DNA of 64,000 nt from Felis catus (Eukaryota): contig NC_058368.1 of the NCBI RefSeq assembly GCF_018350175.1, positions 81,532,001 through 81,596,000 on the forward strand. The letters are read 5' to 3'. Under the pieces are notes generated by a model. That model did no database searches. It was not told the DNA's origin and saw only the letters and a program-made list of their open reading frames with translations. A program made the position numbers and the translations under genes. Below, in pieces: positions 1-11,308 of this stretch; positions within the stretch are counted from its first letter, which is position 1; each line of letters starts with the position of its first letter.

Positions 1-31
<31 letters not shown>

Positions 32-190
32 CACACAAGCAGGGGAGGGGCAGAGAGAGAGGGAGACACATATCTGAAACAGGCTCCAGGCTCTGAACCG
101 TCAGCATAGAGCCCAACATGGGCCTCGAACTCACGAACCATGAGATCGTGACCTGGACCGAGGTCGGATGCTCAACCAACTGAGCCACCC
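1..190 (-). mobile_element. Can-SINE (SINEC), truncated by the window edge
   Basis: (GA)n tract followed by the reverse complement of the Can-SINE body and head (…ctcgaactcacgaaccatgagatcgtgacctg…caactgagccaccc). Confidence 0.95.
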
Positions 191-329
191 TAAATTTATG
201 TGTTTTTAAGTGAGTGCTGAGGACACGCCTGCCCCAGGTGGTTCTCCCCAGGTTTGCTCCCCAGCCCCTCACAGGGAAATGCCCGGAGCTGCCTTCTCCC
301 GGTGGCATAGGTAGGAAGTGGGACAAAAA

Positions 330-1263
330 TTAAGAAAATTGTCAATTACTGATCAGATGCAGGTCATTTGGGGCTGATTGTTGTAGGAACTGCTGCTTAA
401 CCACTCGGACGGTGGGTCACAATTCTGTCACTCGAGGTGCCGCTGTCCATTTGTGTTTTGTTTCCACTGTCTCATGCTGGGGCTGCTGGCTCAAGGACTT
501 GAACAGCAGAAGTCCACACCACTGGTCTGTATGTCATCAGTCCATTAATTAGCTCAAGCGGGACATGAAACCCACCACATCACCCGCAAACCTAAGCCAC
601 GTTAACATGCCTGACGGACACTGCAGATATTTGCAGCGTCCTTCATGATCACTCCCGGAGGTAGAAGGGTTCCATTACATCCACCAGGAAGAATACCTAA
701 GCAAAAATCTGCAAAAGTTCCCCATTTCAGCAATAAAAAAATCAGAACTCTAAGAGACCCCTGGTAGGCCAGCCATCTTGAGAGCCATTCCCAGGTTTTA
801 GGAGGCATGGTTGCTCTCTTTTACCCTGGTCCACTCCCCTGGGACCCCACACCTGTTTGCACAGGAGCAGTGGCCTGGGCAGACCACCCACCCCACTGTG
901 AGCCTGGGGACAGGTATCGGTCCTGGTCGGGTATGACCCAGGCGAGCCAACCAGAGTCCTTCCTTTCGGGTTTTCTCACAGATGCCGATGGAGAAAAGCC
1001 TAGAATGTCTGAGACAATGAGCTGTGGGACATATGTAGCCATGCTCCTGTCTTGGGATGAGCATCCACCACCAGAGAGAAGTCAGGGCTGCTGAGAAGGA
1101 GGGAAAGGGGGACAGTGGCAGACCTGGGGCATCAGCCCTATTCTTCTCAGACCCCTGGAAATGCTGGTTCCAGCGCTCACCATTCTCCTTCCAAGGTACC
1201 TCTTGTCACTTAAGCTGATTTTGGTTGGCTCTGCCACGTGCCCTTAGAGTCTTGATTACTATC
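330..1263. mobile_element. Probable degenerate ERVL/MaLR-type fragments (gag-like piece on the - strand; LTR 3'-end-like piece near 1200-1263)
   Basis: The minus-strand peptide TWEWLSRW…MKDAANI…RQA weakly resembles class III ERV gag. The segment cttaagctgattttggttggctctgccac…gagtcttgattacta resembles MLT1/LTR16-type LTR ends. Recognition is from memory only. Confidence 0.3.
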
Positions 1264-1377
1264 CCACCCCTCGGGCTTCAGGGACTGCAGGACAAAAGAA
1301 GGCTCCAGAACAGGAAGTGAGCATGCTAAGGGGATCTCTGTTACCCTACTGCCCCAGTCAGCCTCCCTGCTTCTTCA

Positions 1378-1800
1378 TAGTCACACGGTCCCGACACAGC
1401 CCTCCCCGCACAGGGGGCAGGACCCCGCTCACTTCCCGCCGTGACGTCACACGTCCCCGGACACGGCCCTCCCCACACATGGGGCAGTACGCCACTCACT
1501 TCCTGCGTGACATCACAGGACCCCGGACACCACGCTCCCTGCATAAGGGGCAGGACCCTGTGCACTTCCTGCCATGACGTCACAGGATGCTGGACACTAA
1601 CCTCCCCGGAACACGGGGTAGGACCCCGCGCCCTTCCCGCCATGACATCACAGCTCCCCAGACATGGCCCTCCCAGCACGAGGGTGCAGGACCCCACTCA
1701 CTTCCTGCTGTGAGGTCACAGGACGCTGGACACTACCCTCCCCAGAACACAGGGTGGGACCCTGCTCACTTCCTGCCGTGATGTCACAGGACCCTGGACA
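1378..1800 (+). repeat. Tandem repeat, ~67-bp unit, ~6.5 copies, in the SPACA7 promoter/5' region
   Basis: Recurring unit CACTTCCYGCCRTGACRTCACAGGAC…GGACAC…CCCTCCC…GGGGCAGGACCCC. CRE-like octamers start at 1442, 1508, 1575, 1643, 1711 and 1779 (spacing 66-68 bp). Confidence 0.95.
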
Positions 1801-1864
1801 TTCCAGGGTATCCTGGAGACCAAGGTCTTCAGGGCATGGTTTTCCTCCTTCAGCCGGAGGGAAC
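1430..1864 (+). promoter_or_regulatory. SPACA7: Putative SPACA7 promoter with multimerised CRE-like and ETS-like sites
   Basis: Two perfect TGACGTCA (1442, 1575) and four one-mismatch variants, each preceded by an (A/C)CTTCC motif. The last one ends 79 bp before the ATG. The TSS cannot be determined from sequence. Confidence 0.55.
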
Positions 1865-1952
1865 ATGGCAGGAGACAGAGGAGTGACCCTGTTTGTCCTG
1901 CTGCTGTCCTGCTGGTGCCACACGGAGCCCCAGCCCATCAACATGACTTCAG
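1865..1952 (+). CDS. SPACA7: SPACA7 coding exon 1 (signal peptide): MAGDRGVTLFVLLLSCWCHTEPQPINMTS
   Basis: Kozak-like aacATGG, hydrophobic signal peptide, phase-1 donor CAG|gtacag. Resembles the recalled human N-terminus [26 protein letters not shown]. Confidence 0.9.
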
Positions 1953-2172
1953 GTACAGTCACAGGTGGGTGGCTATTGGGCGGGTGGGAAACGCACGTCT
2001 CCCTGGAGCTGAGTCAGGCTCCTCCCCACCTCCCCAGTTTCCCATCCATTTCTGGGAGAGAGTGAAGCGAGTTGAACACTTTTCTACCTTGAAAGTCCTT
2101 TTCAAACTCCAGAACCCCATGGGGAAGGAACATATGCAATGTATTTTCACTTTTTATCACAGATGATTTCTA

Positions 2173-2388
2173 GGGCGCCTAGTGGTTCAGTCGGTTGAGC
2201 GGCCGACTCTTGATTTGGGCCCAGGTCTTGACCCCAGGGTCATGGGATCCAGCCCCGCATTGGGCTCCATGCTGAGTGTGGAGCCTGATGGGGGTTTTCT
2301 CTCTCTCCCCTCTCTGCCTCTCTCCCCTGCTCATGCACATGCTTGCTCTCTCTCTCTCTCTCCCTCTCCCCCTAAACTAAGGAAACAA
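2173..2388 (+). mobile_element. Can-SINE (older subfamily)
   Basis: gggcgcctagtggttcagtcggttgagc head and CT-rich tail; imperfect TSD agatgatttcta / agacaatttcta. Confidence 0.93.
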
Positions 2389-5300
2389 AGACAATTTCTA
2401 ACCTCCTGAAAGTCGAGGGGCAGCACAGAGACCCTGCCGCCCCCACCCCGTCCGCCACCCTGCACTTCCTGCACACACACACTGCTGCTGTCCCTGGGAC
2501 CTTGTAGTCCTGTCCAAATGGTCTTACCGCTTCACGTAAACCTTTTCTTGCTAACGTGAGGCGGTTGTCCCTTACACGCCGGTGTCGTGAAGACCCGGAC
2601 AAAATTAACGGAAGCCTGCACAGCAGCTCATCCCTGCTGCACCCGATCTGCCGTGGTCCCCGAATGCCCTTGTCAGGGAGGGTGCCGATCACACCCAGGA
2701 CGGCCCCCGTGTGCCTCTGGCCCCGGCCCTCCCATGCTGGCCCCTTCCTTGTGGAGGATCCGAGCGGGGACAGGCCGGCCGGGACGGGATGGGACTCTGT
2801 GACTCCCCAGCAAAGGATGGCAGGGAGGGGGTGCTCTGTGACCCCCCCACCCGACTTCCTGCCAGGAAGCTCTATTCTCAGGCCACCCGGCCACTCTTAC
2901 ACCTGCCGCACAGGTCACCACAGATGGAAGGAACGGGGCCGAGATGGTCCCCCAGCCCCAGCTCCCAAGGATGGCCGAGTGGACCCTGAAGGCTCACCCA
3001 CAGGGTTTGGGGGGCTTCTCTGAGAGCAGGACGATGGGTGCTGCCCGAGCCGGTTCTGTGTCCCCTCCCGCCCTTGCCATGCCCACATGTCCGGGGTGGG
3101 GGGGGTGGGGGGAAACGGGCCAGCTGGCCGCAGTCGGGCCAGAAGTCAGGTGGTCCTGAAAGGACTGAACATCCCCAACTTCCTTTTCTTCAGCAAACTG
3201 AGCTCTGAGGCGCTTCCCAAGGACAGTGTCCTTTGCGACGCTGTGGGTGCGGACGGGGCTGTAACAGGTGGGGCCGTGTGTCCCCCATGGGAGGGCGCGT
3301 CCCTCCAGGCTGCTCCTTCCTGCTCAGACTGTCACGTGCCAGTGCCCTCGGGAGGTGCTCCCAGCGCCCAGGGACAGAGCACTCCTCCAGCCCTAAGCCA
3401 GCCCACCCCTCCCCGACCTGGTCTCCTGTCCAGACAGGGACACCCTTAGGTGACCGTCATGGTCTTCCCGGCTTGAAAGGCCAGTTGAGGGCAGTCCCTA
3501 AATCATTTTCTGAAAGGAAACAGTGGGTTTCCTTATGGGCTTGCGGCTGGGGCACAGGGGCGCGGGAGTACCCGTCTCCAGGGGTCCCAAGCAGACCAGC
3601 TCCGGCCGCTGACAAAATCCAAAGGTGGAGACAGTGGTGGTGACACGAGAAAGGAGTTCATTTCGGTGAGGCCGACAGCCAGAAGACAGCGCGGACTGGC
3701 GTCCCCAAGACTGTCTCCAAATGAAAAGACCCTTCCAGGTTTATCTGCAGAGATGTGGGACAGAGGCCAGGGCACAGGCGGATGGACAGGAAGGGTCATG
3801 TGCATCATTGTCATGGGGTCCATCACGTGTGGGCTCCGGTCGGCTCAGGCAGTTTCCATTCCCATCGGAGGAGGCTTTGCCCTCCGAGTCTTGCTTGAGT
3901 TAAGGGAGAAACTGGAAATGAGAACTTCATCTATTAGAAAGTTTGCAGTCAAAACGGGGATGGTTGAAGTCCCCCGCCTCCGGGGGCTTACCGCCTCCGA
4001 GGGCACTGGTGCCGTTGGCCAACGTGAGTCGCCCTGACCACGAGGAGAGACGGGAACGGCAGCCATGGGCCTGGTTTGCCTTGTTTTCCCCAAATTAACC
4101 AGAGCACAGCCTCAGAGGTCAGCAGCGAGCCCTTCCCGGTGTCCGGGATGCGCACTGTGCAAATATGGAGGAGTAGTCAGGGATCCTGGTAACTCCGGCG
4201 CCCGGCGGTTTGAAGCCGAGAGACTGTCAGTCGGAGGTGACAACAGGCGAAACACGCCACAGCCGCCACCGTTGACAATGCACTTTGAAAACCGTGCGGG
4301 TATTCTAGAGCATAAATATTTTTCTGCACACGCTTGCTGCCTGACTGGCACAATACTCCCATTATAATCACGGGACAGACACAGAATGAAAAGAGTATTT
4401 TTGACAAAGTGCTCGCTCGACGCAGCTGTGCCCATTCTTAATGACTCATTAATGCCTCATCCTCGGCGAACTGTACTTTTGTTTGCCTCGTTGCCGGGAG
4501 GTCAGCACACTGGGAAGCGATTGTCATCTCCGTGCAGACCTCCTTGCAGAGATTTCCGCATTGTTCTAAGCCCCGCGTGCAGATGAGGCCATTGGTATGC
4601 AGATTGTCCGTCATTAAAACCATTTGAAAATCAGCGTTGTCACTGGTTTACTGTTGGAACGGGAGTCTGCAGACGCCTGCGAGCTGGGTGCAGCCGGGCA
4701 AGGTGGCGCTGCCCAGCGGGTCCTGGGCGTGCCCTCTCCCCTCCCCGGGGGCGGGAGGGGAGGCTGACCTTGACCCTGAGTCGAGGAAATGGACGAGGAC
4801 ACCCAGCTCTGAGCAAAAGGAGTAGTAGGGAGCCCCCGGCTGGTGCCGCCTTGCGGAAACCCTCACTCCATGCACTGTCGGGCCCCCAGCGAGGCCGGGG
4901 AGGCTGGGGGTCGGGCGTCCAGGGATCCCACGGAAGTCTGCCGTCTGGCCCGGCCGGCTCACCCCTGAGACCCCGTGCCTTCCCTGTAAACAGACCACCT
5001 GGAATCATTCTGCTTCTGAAGGGGAGAGAGCGGGTGGCCAGTCTCTCTGGGACCCCTCCCGGCCACAGAACCCCCACCGTTCCCCAAATCACGTCCCTAA
5101 GCTCCCAGAGGCACCGGCCTCTGGGGCCCTTCAGAAAGGACGTGCGCGTCCCTCTTGGTTGGCTGTCCGCGGAGCACGTGCAAGGGCAGTCATCCTAGGT
5201 GCCAGGACGCGTGTTCCCTTCCGAGGGACGGTGCCAGCGAGCACTGCCCCACGCGGCAGGAGTCAGAGCACAGGGCACGTCCCTCTACCACACGGCTGCC

Positions 5301-5446
5301 TTGCCCGCCACTTTCCGGATGAGAACCCAGTCCTGGGAACCCCTTGCAAGCCTCTCCCCCCTGCAGCGGGCTGGTGGGCGCCGCAGAGAGAGAGATCAGT
5401 GCAAATTCAATGAATTGTTAAATTAGGGTATTTATTTCCCCCCTAG

Positions 5447-5506
5447 GTCCAACCACTGAAATGCCACCCAGCTCAAAAGATCCGGAGGATATACCTGGAA
5501 TATTTG
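5447..5506 (+). CDS. SPACA7: SPACA7 coding exon 2: (G)PTTEMPPSSKDPEDIPGIF
   Basis: Acceptor tttccccccctag, donor G|gtaagg, 60 nt, phase 1-1. Similar to recalled human GSPTEIPFSSKQEDMSELL. Confidence 0.9.
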
Positions 5507-5864
5507 GTAAGGAACCTCCTCATATCAGTATTTGGCCTGTATCTGGAGGGGTGGGTGCCTGTGAATGGGTGCTCCCCAGAGAACCTGGTGGCACAGGTGG
5601 AGGGTGTGATTTGGTTTGAGGTTAGAACCACACGCCATGGCCACAGCCATGGCCACGGCTTCAGTGCTTTCACCTGAGTCAAACTCCCAAGAATTCAGGA
5701 AAGAAGTAGAATTTTAGGCCATTAGACGCAAGAAGGGCCGTGGAGCATCGCTTCTGAATGCGGGTCCCCAGACCAGCAAGCCGTGCCAGCCAGGAGCACG
5801 TAAGAAATGCCCAGTATCCAGCCCTCCCCACAAGCCCTGCTGTCCTGGGAATCACTGACTTTAG

Positions 5865-6300
5865 GGCTGCTCAAAAGAAGTACAACGCAGGCCACACATA
5901 CGGTTTTTAATTGTCTAGTAGCCATATATTTTTTAAGTGTTTATTTTATTTTTGAGAGGGACAGAGAGAATCCCAAGCGGGCTCCGTGCTGCCAGCACAG
6001 ATCCTGACACGGGCCCTGAACTTAAAAACCGTGAGATGGCGACCTGAGCAGAAATCAAGTGTCAGATGCTTAACCGACTGAGCCCCCAGGCGCCCCATCC
6101 AGTAGCCATATTTTTTTTTTTAAAAGAAGCGGGTGAAACTTAATCACATTTTGTTTGATGTTATCATTTCAACGTGTAACCAACATAAAAGTACTAATGA
6201 GGTATTTTCAGGCTTTTGTCACACGGAGTATTCACAGTTCAGTGTAGTTCACGCTTAGAGGACATGTCAGTCGGACACGCGTGGGTCCCACATGGCCAGA
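5865..6300. mobile_element. MER33-like hAT-Charlie DNA transposon relic interrupted by a Can-SINE
   Basis: ttaattgtctagtagccat…gggtgaaacttaat…tcatttcaacgtgtaaccaacataaaa…aatgaggtatttt matches the recalled MER33 consensus. Confidence 0.65.
5928..6096 (-). mobile_element. Can-SINE (short form)
   Basis: Reverse-complement head …cttaaccgactgagcccccaggcgcccc; TSD agtagccatat on both sides. Confidence 0.93.
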
Positions 6301-7399
6301 GCTACGGGGCCCCCAGTTCTGGTCCAGCCCTCACCTCACATTTGTAGAAGACCCCTGGGCAGAGAGAGGGCTCCCGGCAATCTCCCTCCCGCTGGGACGG
6401 CTTTCCCCCTAGGCTCCGGCTGGGGACTCGGACTTCCCTGGGTCTGAGCAGGAGCCCTAGAAACTCAAACAGCGGAGTGCCTGTCTGGTCATGTGGACTC
6501 TTTCCAGCAGCGTCTCTGCCACGACGTTGGACTTTGCTGCATTTCCAAGTCTGACGCGGCAGAGGCCCTGGGAAATCCTCTCTGACCGCCAGAGGGATGG
6601 CAGACAGACAGACAGGTGGATTGGCAGATTACATGAATGAGCGAATGAATGAATGTTCCAGTTTGGTCTGGGGCTACCGCCGTCTGCTCATCTCCGCGCT
6701 TCCCGTCTCAGACTCAGAGGCAGTGGTTCCGATGCCCACAGGTGCCTCAGTCCCCCTGAAGCAGGTCCTGGCCGTAAAACGACAGGACATCAGCTCTGTG
6801 TGTGGTTCAGACCTTGGGGAGAACTCAGGTGCATGGAGGCCCCTGCCCCACGCAGGTGTGAGCTTAAAGGTGTGACTTAGATGCCCTTAAAAATGCTACG
6901 TGCAGGTCAGGTAAGTCTGAGGGTGCCAGACCTGGAAGGGCGAAGCCTCGTCAGGTGAACTTTCCAGCAAGAACGGGGCACCAGCAGATCCGTGAGCGGT
7001 GGAGACAAACGCTCCCAAGTTTCCTGGGGGCTCTGAGCGTCCCGGGCCCCGCAGGACGATAGTCCTGACACCAGCACCCCCTCCATCCCGTGGGCCGACC
7101 CCCCAAAGTCCCGGCCACTGTGGAGAAAGTCGGAAAGGATGAGTCACTGAGATTTCTGATCAACTAAGCCCAGAAGGGGAGCTGAGGCTCCCTCTCCACC
7201 CACCCCATACTTCCCCCGGATGGGGGCGGGAGAGTAAGACATCCGCGTCTCTGGAAATAAGTGAGGCCACAGAGTGAGAACAGCAGGGGCTGCCCATTCA
7301 GAGCTCCCTGTAGCAGGGCATCCGCCAGGCCACCGCCACGTGCGTGTGGCAGAGACTCAGGTGGGTGGGGCGGGGAGAGCTCAGGGTGGAAAAGAGGTG

Positions 7400-7955
7400 G
7401 CTGGGGGCAGGGACCCTGGGGGAGGTGCTGGCCCAGGACAGATTGGGGGGTGGGGCTGGGGGAGGTGCTGACCCAGGACAGCTGGGAGAGGGGCCTTGGG
7501 AAGGTGCTGGCTCAGGACAGCTGGGGGGGGGGGGGTTGGCTGGGGGAGGTGCTGGCCCAGGACATGTGGGGGTGGTCCATGGGGGAGGTGCTGGCCCAGG
7601 ACAGTTGGGAGAGGGGCCTGGGGAAGGTGCTGGCCCAGGACAGCTGGGGGGTGCCTGGGGGAGATGCTGGCCCAAGACATCTGGGGGGGGGCCTGGGGGG
7701 AGGTGCTGGCCCAGGACATCTGGGGGGAGGGGCCTGGGGGAGGTGCTGGTCCAGGACATGTGGGGATGGTCCATGGGGGAGGTGTTGGCCCAGGAGAGTT
7801 GGGAGAGGGGCCTGGGGAAGGTGCTGGCCCAAGACATCTGGGGGGGGGCCTGGGGGGAGGTGCTGGCCCAGGACATCTGGGGGGAGGGGCCTGGGGGAGG
7901 TGCTGGCCCAGGACAGCTTGGGGGAGGGGGCCCAGACGTGGGTGCTGGCCAGGAC
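7400..7955 (+). repeat. G-rich minisatellite, ~37-39-bp unit (GGGGGAGGTGCTGGCCCAGGACA…), about 14 copies, in SPACA7 intron 2
   Basis: Directly visible tandem units; explains the overlapping repetitive ORFs on both strands. Confidence 0.97.
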
Positions 7956-9584
7956 ACCGGAGCAGCTAACCAGAAGCAGGTCCAGGGATGGGTTAGGGAA
8001 GCACACGGGGCTTTCTCTGGTTGGTCCCAGGTTGGAAGCAGGACAACAGTTGGGGAAGCCGTCCTGCCCTCAGGGGCAGATTGCTCGGGGTGGAGGTGGG
8101 GCTGCAGGAGTGCCTTCTGGAAGGCCCCCCCCCCCCAGCCGTCTGGGCTTCAGCGGTCACCATGGGCTGGTTTTATTTTGACGTAGGTCTGGTGCTTGTC
8201 CGTTTGTATATTCAGTGTCTCATTTATCAGAAACAACAATTTTCCCATAAGAAATTAGACACAATTCGAAGGCAGCGTTGTCTCACTCGTACAGCAACCT
8301 GATGCTCTGTCACTCCCTGAAGGTTTCTGCTACGATTACACGCACAGTGCCTCTGGAGGCCTGTTGGAACTTGTGGTTTGGGTTTGCTCACCTCTGAGGT
8401 GTCCCCCAGCCCCCCCTCTGAAGGTGGTGTGAGGTCGGCTGACTTCGGCCTCCTCTTGGCCCTGAGGACTGTCCCCGCCCACTTTGAGGACCTCTCAGGA
8501 TGTGTGCAGCTGATGGTCTCTAGTGTCCCCAGGAGGCCACCCGGCTTCCTTCACGAGGTAGACTGGTTCCAGGAGCTCCCACTGCTTTGAGCTGGTCAGT
8601 CAGGCTCCTGTCCCGGCCCCTGGTGGGTGCTCTGTGAAGTGCTGTGCACAGTCACACATGTAGAGTCCTGCCCCTTGCACACGGCTGCATATTGCTCCAG
8701 ACAGAGACCAGGGACCAGGGCTGGGCCGCCCTTGACCCCCAGGCACCTGGACAGTTTCTGGTACACAGTAAGTGCTCAATACAAGTTTGTTATTCCCATG
8801 AATATCCGCTCTTCTGTCTGACCCAAAATCTAACTAGACACCTTGATCTCGGGGACTTAAAATGGGCTCTTCTGCACAATAACTGGCCCAGAAGAGTGGC
8901 CTAAATCTTCTCAAGGTGGAAACAGGTGTGGCAAAAACCACTGGCCACATAAGCAGGGCCAGAATGGCAGCAGTAAGGGGCTGTGCTCCCGTGTCACCAG
9001 CAGCTCGGTGACATCAAGTCGTGGCCCTGAGGCCACCCTTGAGCTTCTGCCTGTGGTCATGGATGGTGTCCACAGCCCCAGAACTGTGTTCACTTCCAGG
9101 GCAGGGAGAAGTAAGGGTGTGGGGGGTGAAGCCACCCACTTCTCTCTACCGGGAGAAGCAAAGTTCCTGTCAAAGCCAGTGGGCTCGCTGACCTTTGCAT
9201 GTCCTGAGCCCCCAGCCGCCCCACGGCCCCAGCCAAGTTCAGCTTCTGTGGGGGAGGTTGGAGGACGCCACACAGAGCCGTGCAAGAGTGTCTTCCCGTA
9301 CATGGCGGTGAAACCTTTGTTTCCAGTGACGCTTCACGTCTGTTCCCCTGGACTCCTGTAAGTCACATGACTTGGAACCCGGGTGGGCAGCCGTGTGCTT
9401 TGCCCAGGATCTCAGGGCTCCCAGGATGTGGACCAGGAAAGTCTGGGCAAACTAGTCATCGCCTGCTAGGTGGGCTCCAGCCTCAGCACCTGGACCGACT
9501 GCTCAGGGTTCCTCGTAGGCGGCAGAGGTCGGGTGACTCCCAGCTGCTGTCTTTTAAATTACATTAGTCTCCACCACGGTCCCC

Positions 9585-9775
9585 GACTGTGCTAAGGGCT
9601 TTCCACATACACGGCTTTATGTGACCCTCATAACACGTCTGATGCGATAAGACAGACCCATTTTACAGAGGAGAAAACTGAGGGTCCAAGTAGAAGCTGC
9701 CTGGGTCGTGATCCAGTGAGAGCAAAACCAGGATGTGGGTCCCGTCTGTCTGACGCAAGGCCCAGTGCGCTTACG
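9585..9775 (-). mobile_element. MIR SINE fragment
   Basis: MIR core cccattttacagaggagaaaactgagg. Confidence 0.8.
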
Positions 9776-10213
9776 TTAGAAGCTTCCTGGGAGCTGTCAG
9801 GGAGACGTAGAGGGAGAGAGAAAACAATGCTGCGTTCTGCAGATATCGGGAAAGACCGTGTGCCTCCAAGGGGACGGCTTGGGGAAAGTCTCAGAGGGGA
9901 CAGAAGGACAGAGGGGCAGAGAGTAGAGGTGGGACGGCACCTGGGCCAGGCTTTCTAGCCTCGTGTCTTTGGGGAACAAAGTTTATTGTCCAGGGCATCT
10001 GGACGCCCTCAGGTTTTCAGGAGTTGTTGAGGGAGCAGTGGTCTCCCACCCCAGACAGGGCTCTTTAGAGACCCCAATCCTGTCCGTCTCCACGGTGCCC
10101 CTTGAGTTCCGGTTTCTAGTCCCGCTTCACAGACTGCCTTCGGTCCCGGTAGAACAAGAGAGTACCTGTCCTGTTCCACTGGTTCTGACGTGTCCTTATG
10201 TGCTTTTCCCAAG

Positions 10214-10315
10214 ATGAAATTCTAGTCCAAGAGATGTTGAATCCAAATAAGTCATCAGTGGCTGGAAAGCACATGACAGCATCAACACTGTCAACAAAGT
10301 TGTTCAACGATAAAA
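10214..10315 (+). CDS. SPACA7: SPACA7 coding exon 3: (D)EILVQEMLNPNKSSVAGKHMTASTLSTKLFNDK
   Basis: Acceptor ttttcccaag; strong similarity to recalled human DEILVQEILDLNKTT…TASTLST. The 3' end is placed at a phase-1 GC donor (A|gcaagt) and is uncertain. Confidence 0.88.
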
Positions 10316-10659
10316 GCAAGTATACATTTTTTACACCTGTGATGGCGTGTACTCCTAGAGGTCTGTGGTTGTGAAGACACAATCCTACCAGTTTACATTC
10401 TTTAAGGCCAGCTTACTTCTGGGGCAAAAGCAAATGGCGGTGTGCAAGAAACAGGTGTCCGGAACCTTCTCTGTAACCTTCCCGAGATTGAGGCGGCCAA
10501 GCCGAGGCTGGTGGAGACAAGTTCCTCTTATTTTGGGGTGGTCTCGGGGTGCACACATAAGCAGGCTCTTGTGCTTAGGATGCAAAGGCGGCTTAGCCAC
10601 TGCGGGAACGGGGGGGACACATGGAAACGGGGACTTGCGACCACCTGCTCACTGACACG

Positions 10660-10800
10660 TACCTAAGCGTTCTGAGAGCGCGGGCAGTGACATTGACCCC
10701 ATTGCACGCAGGACAGAACAAAGGTCTGAAGAACCTGCGCGAGGCCACACGGCTAGTAGTGAACGTGGGAGAGAAGGCGCTTTTCCAAAGGGCGGTTCCG
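10660..10800 (-). mobile_element. MIR fragment (degenerate)
   Basis: ccccattgcacgcaggacagaacaaaggtctgaagaacctgcgcgaggccacacggctagt resembles the MIR core. Confidence 0.55.
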
Positions 10801-11200
10801 TGGTGTCCGGGGTGCGTGTTGATCAGTGAAACAGCTCGCTGAGAACCAAGGCCCAGTACTTGGCTGACAGTTGCTAAGGGGAGGCCCGGAGCAGAAATCC
10901 ACAAGCAGTGCGTGAACTGCATTCAGCAGCCGGGAAGTTCAGCACTTTCTTGCAATTGTGCGCCCAGATGTGAATTCTGGTTCCTGGGACGAACACCACC
11001 CAGCATCTGCTGGGGCCCAAACTGCTGGGTTCAAGGCGGTCAGATGACACCTGACTCCGGTACATCTCAACTTTCCAAGACACGTTCTCAGTAGACCTTG
11101 ACAACTGTTAGCGTTCTGTAAGATACAGTGTGGACCCAAATGTTCGTGTGTGTGTAATCAAAAATTTGTTTCCTTATTTTTTCCATGGTCTTCATCAAAG

Positions 11201-11308
11201 ATGACAGCATGAATGAGGATTTTGAAGTTGGTGGCACTCAGAATTATCATGGACTCTCCGATAATTCACAATTCTCTATTGGCAGTGAGGACAAAATTTT
11301 CAATAATG
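11201..11308 (+). CDS. SPACA7: SPACA7 coding exon 4: (N)DSMNEDFEVGGTQNYHGLSDNSQFSIGSEDKIFNN
   Basis: Acceptor cttcatcaaag, donor G|gtaaat, 108 nt, phase 1-1. Matches recalled human [34 protein letters not shown]. Confidence 0.92.

Noticed and set aside
1378..1800. Repeat with a conserved core and variable intervening sequence that superficially resembles a CRISPR array
   Set aside because: The 'spacers' are homologous to each other, there are no cas genes, and the DNA is mammalian; it is a diverged minisatellite.
2173..2250. tRNA-like A/B-box sequences here and at the other SINE heads
   Set aside because: These are tRNA-derived Can-SINE heads, not tRNA genes.
7261..8186. Long ORFs (306, 280 and 219 aa) on both strands
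   Set aside because: By-products of a stop-poor G-rich minisatellite.
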